43,990 bases of DNA, from the NCBI RefSeq assembly GCF_001194135.2, contig NC_069005.1, forward strand, positions 29,979,642 to 30,023,631, given 5' to 3'. This stretch comes from Octopus bimaculoides. Lineage: Eukaryota. This document shows positions 35,141 to 43,990 of this stretch, piece after piece. The position numbers and the translations under genes are program-made. The notes under the pieces are model-generated. The model was given only the letters and a program-made list of their open reading frames with translations, searched no databases and was not told the origin of the DNA. Within the stretch, counting starts at the first letter, position 1. Every line of letters starts with the position of its first letter.

Positions 35141-35975
35141 ACTCTTTCTCTTTTGCAAACATTCTTTCTCTCAACACACATGCATAATTTCTCTCTTTTC
35201 CTCTATCTCTTTCTTCCTCTCTTTCTCTTCTGCAAACATTCTCTCTCTATAAACATCTGCATATCCCCCCTCTCTCTCATATGCTTTCTCTCTCTTTATT
35301 CTCTCTCCCTCTCTCTCCATACACACTTTCTTCCTCACAAACCTACTCTTCCTACTCCTCCGCTCTCCTCCTTTTATCTGATGCTGACTATTTCACTGTC
35401 ACGGGACTCTAAGAAACCATTATAGCACCAAAGACGCAGCTGCTGCTGCTGCTACTGCCACTGCTACTGCTGCTGATGCTAGTGGTAGACTACTACTACT
35501 CTACTAGTAGTAGTAGTAGTAGTGATGATGGGAGCAGTGGTACAATAGTAGTAGTAGCAGTAGTAGTGTTGGTACTTTGTATAGTAGCAGTTGTAGTAAT
35601 GACCTTATGGTAGGTTGCTGCTACAGTGGTTACTACAGCTGCTGCTGCTACTACTACCACCACCACCACCACCACCACCACCACCACCACTATTGCTGCT
35701 ACTACTAGAATTACTACTACTACAGCCCTCTTTTACAGTTCCTATCTGTACCTCAACCACCAACACTATAATCACCACAGTTCAACCACCACACTTGCTA
35801 CTGTCTCAACCACTAAGGCAACAACCATTACCACTGCCACCACCACAGCTACAACCATAATCAGCAGCAGCACCACCGATAACAACAACCTGTACTAAAT
35901 GTTAGTAACATCTTTGGTACCTGACCACAGATTCATTTTTAAGGCATTTGTGACTGTAATTTTTCAGGCTAGTTA

Positions 35976-36500
35976 GTTGGGACAGCACTGGACATTTTCT
36001 GTAATGTGTGACCCATTAATCTGTTGGGACATTACTGGAGACTTATGCTAAATGTTAACCCATCTGTCTGTCTCTCGGGACATTGATGGTGAATTCTGCA
36101 ATGTATAATCCATCTGTCTGTTTGTTGGGACATTGCTGGAGAATTCCGTAATGTGTAACTCATACGTCTAATTTGCTGGAACAAAACTTGAGGCTTCTGT
36201 AATTCATAACCCATGAGGATAGTTTGTTGAGATATTACTGGACACTTTTGTTATGTCTAAACCCATCTGCCTATTTTGTTAGGATGTCATGGTAAATTTC
36301 TCTAATGTGTAACCCATTGGGTCTAAGTTTGTTGGGACATCTGTGGAAACTTCTCTTATGTGCGGCCCGTTAGTCTCTTCGTTAAGGCATCACTTTAGAC
36401 TTTTATAATGTGTAATCCATTAGTTTAGTCTGTTGGGACATCACTGGTGACTTCTCTTAAGTGTAACCTTTTGACCTGTTTTGTCCAGACATCAATGAAA
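35976..36500. repeat. Old degenerate ~50-bp minisatellite, about 11 units
   Basis: Consensus approximately gttgggacattactggagacttctgtaatgtgtaacccattagtctgttt. Clear unit starts at 35976, 36023, 36124, 36331 and 36432. Confidence 0.8.
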
Positions 36501-36609
36501 TGTATCACTTCAGTGGTTAGGTGTTGAGGACAGGCCTGTGCTCAAGGTCTTCTGATGACCTTCAAAGACCATCGGGTTCGGTATGGTGCATTGTTGAGGT
36601 TCCTCTTAA

Positions 36610-37042
36610 CCCCCTTAACATTCAAACTGGCCATTCTGGGCCGAATATTCTACCTGTTGTATTGTTCAAACTAGTCAGATCTAGCCTATCACACCTACTC
36701 TACAATGTCATTCTAAAATTAAACAATTATGCCATTGGAATTTCAAAGCTACAAGAGATTGCATGATTAATTCAAAACAATGTGAATAAACAAGCATTAT
36801 ATTAACTACTCCTGGGTATGAGTATTAAATAAAAAAAAACTGTTTTCCTCTGCTGAGCCATGTTGAGTCGGTGTGGAAGGGTAGGCTCATCAAACCAGTC
36901 TTATCTTAAGCTTAAATTCACAGCCTCCACATCAGACCATAGTTGGTGGAGAGAACGAGCTGAGGTCCTCATCCTGCAGTGGATTGAACATAGGCAATCC
37001 GATCCAATCCATATCTGACAATGCAATCTGAATGCTAAACAG
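36610..37042. mobile_element. Second copy of the TTAA MITE, split by a ~210-bp insert (about 36803-37015)
   Basis: TTAA at 36606-36609, then sequence complementary to 1268-1489 up to aagcattatatt; resumes as tgaca...aatctgaatgctaaacag TTAA (37043-37046). Confidence 0.65.
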
Positions 37043-37046
37043 TTAA

Positions 37047-37330
37047 AACAGGATTTATGTATGATCCGCAGGAAAAAATTACAAGCAGGGTGAGAATTCT
37101 AAAGGGCTGATGTAGTGGAGGAAAGACTAGTTGGGTTTCCAGGTGTAGAGGATATTTCAAAGCATGAGAGAATGCATTGGGTGGTGTGATGAGAAGTGGA
37201 GAGATACGCAGACAAAATAGAATTTCGTGTGGACATGACGTAACGCTACAGACATGATGTGAAGCTGCAACTTTTGTTATTGGTAGGAGGGCCTCGTCAA
37301 CAGCCTGGTCAACAGTGGTGCTGGCATTGT
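37047..37330 (-). mobile_element. Highly degraded LINE RT C-terminal fragment (CR1/L2-like)
   Basis: Minus strand reads SFL...TSAL*NSHPAC.FF, resembling SFFPRTxxLWNSLPxxxFP. Weak signal with several frameshifts. Confidence 0.35.
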
Positions 37331-38619
37331 TGTAAACCAGGCCCCATTTTAACCAGCAAGGTTGCTTGATCTGCTCAATGTAGCAGATAAACCATTCTCT
37401 TCTCACAGCTTGTTCTTACCACCACCCTCTCTCTCTGCTGCCTTGCTCTTCCTATCACCATCATCTTCTCACAGCCACCCTCTTCTCACAGCCACCCTCT
37501 TCTCACAGCCACCCTCTTCTCATCCCTTATTTCTCCCCATCGCCTTCCTCATACTCTCACCCTTTTCTAGTTGGTCTGTTCCTCTCTTCTGNNNNNNNNN
37601 NNNNNNNNNNNNNNNNNNNNNNNNNNNNNNNNNNNNNNNNNNNNNNNNNNNNNNNNNNNNNNNNNNNNNNNNNNNNNNNNNNNNNNNNNNNNNNNNNNNN
37701 NNNNNNNNNNNNNNNNNNNNNNNNNNNNNNNNNNNNNNNNNNNNNNNNNNNNNNNNNNNNNNNNNNNNNNNNNNNNNNNNNNNNNNNNNNNNNNNNNNNN
37801 NNNNNNNNNNNNNNNNNNNNNNNNNNNNNNNNNNNNNNNNNNNNNNNNNNNNNNNNNNNNNNNNNNNNNNNNNNNNNNNNNNNNNNNNNNNNNNNNNNNN
37901 NNNNNNNNNNNNNNNNNNNNNNNNNNNNNNNNNNNNNNNNNNNNNNNNNNNNNNNNNNNNNNNNNNNNNNNNNNNNNNNNNNNNNNNNNNNNNNNNNNNN
38001 NNNNNNNNNNNNNNNNNNNNNNNNNNNNNNNNNNNNNNNNNNNNNNNNNNNNNNNNNNNNNNNNNNNNNNNNNNNNNNNNNNNNNNNNNNNNNNNNNNNN
38101 NNNNNNNNNNNNNNNNNNNNNNNNNNNNNNNNNNNNNNNNNNNNNNNNNNNNNNNNNNNNNNNNNNNNNNNNNNNNNNNNNNNNNNNNNNNNNNNNNNNN
38201 NNNNNNNNNNNNNNNNNNNNNNNNNNNNNNNNNNNNNNNNNNNNNNNNNNNNNNNNNNNNNNNAACATGTTTGGTCTGACAAAGACATGAAGACTATTTG
38301 TAATGTTTGGTCAGAAGTTACCCTGACAATGTCCTGTCCAAGACTTGGACGGTGTGCTGAGCATTTGATAACTACTGCAGTAGTAGTGTGGGCCCTGGAT
38401 CAACCCAGCTGGAGCAGATTTTACATAATCAAAAGCATTTCTCCTCGTCATTTTAAAGCTACACTTAGGACTACAATATCTGACACATTCCGTCCCCATT
38501 GAAGATGGCAGCGTGCAGTTTCTGGGAGATTTCACTGCCCTTTATAGCATGTGGAACAACATGTATTATGAGAGGGAGTCAGGCCTTGTGCTTATAACAG
38601 AAAGGATTATATAGAGGGA

Positions 38620-39625
38620 TATTTGGCTGCTGTTTCTAGTAGATGGAATAACATCCTTGAAACCTCCTTATTAGCTCATGTGGCCTTGTATTATTATACA
38701 GGCGAAGATTTGGCTGCTATTTCTAGTAAGTTGAAAGAGGGTGATTTGGCTGATATTTCTAGCAAGTAGAATGAGATCATAGAGGCCTCCTTATTAAGAT
38801 ATATGTTCTTATATAACTTATAATTATATATAGAGAGAGATTTGGCTGCTATTTCTAGCAAGTGGAACAGCATCATAGACATCTCCTTATTAGCTCATAT
38901 GTCCTTGAATGATTATATTGAGTTATGACTGCTATTTCTAGCAATTGAAATGACATCATAGACACTTCTTTATTAGCTCATATGTCCTTGTATGAAATTT
39001 GACTGCTATTTCTAGCAGATGGAATGACACCGTAGAGGCCTTCTTATTCGCTCATATGTCCTTGTATGAGTTTTGGCTGCTATTTCTAGCAAATTGAATG
39101 ACACCATAGATGCCTTCTTATTTGCTCATATGTCCTTGTATGAGTTTTGGCTACTATTTCTAGCAAATTGAATGACACCATAGATGCCTTCTTATTTGCT
39201 CATATGTCCTTGTATGAGTTTTGGCTGCTATTTCTAGCAGNNNNNNNNNNNNNNNNNNNNNNNNNNNNNNNNNNNNNNNNNNNNNNNNNNNNNNNNNNNN
39301 NNNNNNNNNNNNNNNNNNNNNNNNNNNNNNNNNNNNNNNNNNNNNNNNNNNNNNNNNNNNNNNNNNNNNNNNNNNNNNNNNNNNNNNNCGCTCATATGTC
39401 CTTGTATGAGTTTTGGCTGCTATTTCTAGCAAATTGAATGACACCATAGATGCCTTCTTATTTGCTCATATGTCCTTGTATGAGTTTTGGCTACTATTTC
39501 TAGCAAATTGAATGACACCATAGATGCCTTCTTATTTGCTCATATGTCCTTGTATGAGTTTTGGCTGCTATTTCTAGCAGATGGAATGACACCACAGAGG
39601 CCTTCTTATTTGCTCATATGTCCTT
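38620..39625 (+). repeat. 74-bp minisatellite derived from the family F 3' motif
   Basis: Unit ttggctgctatttctagcaaattgaatgacaccatagatgccttcttatttgctcatatgtccttgtatgagtt, period 74 (39075 to 39149). Units are degenerate on the left and homogeneous on the right. N-gap at 39241-39388. Confidence 0.9.
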
Positions 39626-39902
39626 GTATTATTGTATACATTGGCAGATGCAGGAATAAGATTAGGATTAATGTTCATTAAGTGGGGGATTGAAAGCTTA
39701 TTTCAATCACAGTTTAGAGGGATTAGTCATGGAGTACAAATGAAGGGGAGAATTAGGGGTGGGGATAGTGTAAAATCATCATCAATCAATCAGTCATATG
39801 TTATCAATAACGGTGAACTAATAAATGTGACCTTCTCCTTATTTGGAGGGCAACACCTGGTTTTTTTCCCTCTGTCCCCTGTCTCTGTTTCAAGGACAAA
39901 AG

Positions 39903-40560
39903 GCAGTGTGGTAAGAAGTTGGCTTTCCAGAAACATAGTGTTGAGTTCAATCTCAATGCATGGAAACTTGGGCAAGTGTCTTCTACTATAACCTTGGGCA
40001 GACCAAAGACTTCTAAGTGGATTCAGTAGATGGAAACTGTGGAAACCCCCTTGTGTGTATGTATATGTATAATACACACACACACACACTAGTATTCAGC
40101 AGTGAGAATGAGAATTCCACAATACTGTGTTGGTAGATAAATATCCTTTATTTGTGGATTAACAAGGCAACCAATGGTTTCACGTGAACGAGATCTTCAC
40201 AATTGTTCAAACTCACTGCTTTGGAATCTTGGTACTTATTTCCATTTTGGAAGAAAATTTGCCTTGTTAATCCATGAATAAAGTATGTATGTATTGGTGG
40301 GGACAATTTGTTTGCCTAATCTAAACCCTTTGATATGGTGCTCCAGCATGGCCACAAGAAAGGGTAAAATCCAAAGTTCTCGTTGCAGCAGTTGCTTGTG
40401 TGAATGCGTGTCTGGTGGCAAAGAAGTTTGCTATGCAACAATGTGGTTTTGGGTTCATTCCCCAGTGCAGGCAACATTTTGAGAATGTATCTCTGTCTAT
40501 AGGTCCAAGCGAGCCAATGAGTAAATATGGTGAATGGAAACTGTGTGGAAGCCTGCTAGT
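39903..40560 (+). mobile_element. Degraded SINE family A pieces (39903-40055, 40320-40350, 40400-40560)
   Basis: gtgtggtaagaag...ttgggcaagtgtcttctactata...gtagatggaaact; ggtgctccagcatggccac. Confidence 0.6.
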
Positions 40561-40614
40561 ATGGCAGGCAGACATTAAACGATGTTGTTGTTGATGATGA
40601 TGATATAAAATACA

Positions 40615-40651
<37 letters not shown>

Positions 40652-40823
40652 GTACATACATGCATGTGCGAAAAGGTATGGACCTATCAGAAATATTATA
40701 TAAACTTAAAAGATCCAATACAGCCATGTTTCCTAAACACTTATATACTTGCATTTGCATTTCTGTGTGTGTGTGTGTGAGAGAGAGAGTGTGTGTGTAT
40801 ATATATACATATATATATATGCA

Positions 40824-40855
<32 letters not shown>

Positions 40856-40938
40856 TATATACACACACCTATATATACATGCATACACACAGACACACAT
40901 ATATATACACACACCTATATATACATGCATACACATAT

Positions 40939-40973
<35 letters not shown>

Positions 40974-41075
40974 CATGCACACATATATATATGTACATAC
41001 ACACACACACACGTTTGTATAAATATATATATATGTCTATATGTGTGTCTATATATATACATGTGTGTATGTGTA

Positions 41076-41131
<56 letters not shown>

Positions 41132-41836
41132 CATACATAAAATATGTATACAATATAATATGTATACATATATACAGTTAGTAGACTCACATGTGTCCTT
41201 CACATCTTCACATTCTCATTGTTAATTCATCCAAAACATGAGCCAGTCATCACGTGAGGGCTCAGCTCAATAAGTAATTCAAAATAAATTAACTAAGAGA
41301 GCTATGACNNNNNNNNNNNNNNNNNNNNNNNNNNNNNNNNNNNNNNNNNNNNNNNNNNNNNNNNNNNNNNNNNNNNNNNNNNNNNNNNNNNNNNNNNNNN
41401 NNNNNNNNNNNNNNNNNNNNNNNNNNNNNNNNNNNNNNNNNNNNNNNNNNNNNNNNNNNNNNNNNNTTTATTATGTGTGTAAATTTTATTTGTATATACA
41501 TGTATGTGCGTATAATGGGAGGTATTGGATGCTGATCAATTTGGGACAAAGCCTTTTTGATGAACAATAAACTAGTCAATAATTAATTTAAATAAAGAGT
41601 TTTGGGACCCGTCAATTTAGATAGCAACAACTGGTTGATTACATTATCTAGAGTTATAATAAGCAGCTTCTGTTATGTGTGTGTGTGTGTTTGACGCGTG
41701 TGTGTGTGTGTGTGAGTGTATGTGTGTGTATATGTATATATGTATTTGTATGTGTATATATATACATACACACATAAATACATATGCATGTATATATATA
41801 TGTGTGTATATATATCTGTGTGTGTGTGTGTATGTA

Positions 41837-41879
<43 letters not shown>

Positions 41880-41939
41880 GCATGTATATATATGTGCATG
41901 TATATTGATAGGTGTGTGTGTGTGTATGTATGCACACAT

Positions 41940-41983
<44 letters not shown>

Positions 41984-42649
41984 TTCTAGCTCTTCTGCTG
42001 TCCGCTTACAGTGCACCAGTATCGGCTGGGTCACTGTGTATTTCCAGTTGGGTGGTGGAGGGTATTGGTGGAGATGCTTGTGTCGGGTGATGGTGGGGAT
42101 GGTGGGGTGTAATGAATTAGCATTTCTGGTTGTCTAATATGTTAATGCGATGGTGACAGTGTGCAGCTGACTGGTGTTGCAATAGTTCTGTGTCTGACCT
42201 CTGGCATTGCACACACACACACACACACATACACTCATGTGCACATATGCACGTGTGCATGCATGCATCCATATGACTTGCCTTGGATGTCATGCACACA
42301 TGCTCACACACACATCCCCTTTGATACCATACTGGCATGTATTCACATAATTGACTTCTGACATCGACACACACACACACACATGCACACTTATGCATAA
42401 CTGACCTTTGACACCCCACATGTCTGAAAACCCACCTGCACATTATGCACATGCAACAATCTGTATGTGTGTGTGTGTATATAATATATATATATATATG
42501 TATATAAATACATACATATACATCATATGTTTGTGTCAATGAGTGTATATATATACATATATACACCCATGCACACATGCACATATGAGGCACTACAGAT
42601 TTCTAAAATAATGTACTTACTTTTTTTTACAATTATTATCAAAACCTTA

Positions 42650-42766
42650 CAAGCCTGCTTCCCAACCACTTGGTTCCAGGTTCAGTCCCACTTAATACTT
42701 ATAGCTTCAGGCAAACCAAAAAATTACAAACGGATTTGGTAGATGGAAACTAAAGGAAGCCTGTTG

Positions 42767-42808
<42 letters not shown>

Positions 42809-42950
42809 GTCCTCCCCTCAACCATTGCTTGACAACCGGAAGTACTGGGGTCAGATCATTCAAGTGCAAAAATAAATTAAAAAATTCATCAAGGCAGTGC
42901 CCCAGGATGGCTGCAGTCTAATGACTGAAACAAGTAAAAGATAAAAGATC
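42650..42950 (+). mobile_element. Degraded SINE family A copy with an expanded internal (TG)n tract
   Basis: gcttcccaaccacttggttccaggttcagtccca...ggatttggtagatggaaactaaaggaagcctg...(tg)n...tgcttgacaaccgg...gcagtctaatgactgaaacaagtaaaagataaaag. Confidence 0.7.
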
Positions 42951-43220
42951 TGCATTGTTGTGAGCATAGCTGTGTGGTTGAGTATTTACCTGGCAACAAT
43001 TTGGTTTCTAGTTCAATCCTACTGTATGCCACTTGGTTCCTCGGAGAGGTGTTTATTACTGTAGTATCAAGTTGGATTATACTTTTGAGTGAAATTTACG
43101 GGATGGATTGTGCTGAGAAAGCCTGCTCTGCATGTGTGTGTGTATTCATGTATGTATGTATGTATGTATCTATCTCTTTATCTATCTACCTGTCTGTCTG
43201 TCTATATGTGTATTTATGTA

Positions 43221-43270
<50 letters not shown>

Positions 43271-43416
43271 NNNNNNNNNNNNNNNNNNNNNNNNNNNNNN
43301 NNNNNNNNNNNNNNNNNNNNNNNNNNNNNNNNNNNNNNNNNNNNNNNNNNNNNNNNNACACATATATATATGTAGAAAGGTATATATATATATGTATAAT
43401 TATATAACTTTATATG

Positions 43417-43455
<39 letters not shown>

Positions 43456-43990
43456 ATGGACATATGTATTTATATGTCCATACATCATATATATATATAT
43501 CATATATATATATATATATAATTATGTGTATATATATTTATATTTTCACATGTATTTATATATGTCTGTCTGTGTTTACCTAAATAAAACCAGTGTTGTG
43601 TGAAAAAATAAAGGAAAGATATAATAGTAACCTCGCCATTTCATACACATCGATCAATAAAATCAGTAACTGACTGAAAATAAGTATTGTGGTCGATACA
43701 ATCAACTAAAACCCTTCAATGGTCGTCGTGCTCCAGTATGGCCATAGTCCAGTGACTGAGACCAGTAAATGAATAGCTGTTATAATGGAGTTATATAAGT
43801 CTTGAGAGACAAGGGAAAGGAGGCAGTGCTTGTGACCTTTGTGTAGCCTTCCAGACTGGTGGTGGGCACGTGGTTTGGAGAGAGAGAGAGAGAGAGAGAG
43901 AGATTGTGTGTGTGTGTCTAATGTATTAAATATATATAATGTATATAGCGAGAAACATATATATCTGCATTAGATAATATATATATATAT

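Noticed and set aside
38264-38570. Possible LINE RT motifs (NAFDYV or GPTLL on minus, SISPRHFK on plus)
   Set aside because: Weak motifs on both strands contradict each other; cannot be assigned without a profile search.
38620-39625. 74-bp and ~108-bp periodic arrays as CRISPR-like loci
   Set aside because: No unique spacers (whole units repeat), no cas genes and a eukaryotic context. They are minisatellites.
40160-40210. Minus-strand gtgaaga...gaaaccattggtt hammerhead-like motif
   Set aside because: C3 is altered, stem II is absent and stem I is weak.

Overview
Eukaryotic draft-genome sequence with 13 N-gaps (about 3.6 kb in total) and very dense microsatellites. The repeat families and sequence style suggest an octopod cephalopod (Octopus-like); this is inference and was not checked against a database. 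The only host coding sequence I can support is one 100-nt internal exon of a syntaxin-1 gene on the + strand (12585-12684, [37 protein letters not shown] bounded). The rest of the window is therefore most likely two very large introns. They are filled with several SINE-like families, degraded CR1- and RTE-clade LINE ends, maT (DD37D) Tc1/mariner fragments, a hAT-type MITE, a TTAA/piggyBac-type MITE and several minisatellites. Nearly all ORFs in the supplied track are microsatellite or N-gap artefacts. I found no new multi-gene system. The most unusual feature is a nested ~1-kb fold-back ending about 190 nt upstream of the exon: a hAT MITE carrying an 83-bp near-perfect hairpin sits at the exact centre of a ~100-bp inverted repeat. 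Several other inverted repeats could also form dsRNA (potential ADAR substrates) in the same pre-mRNA.
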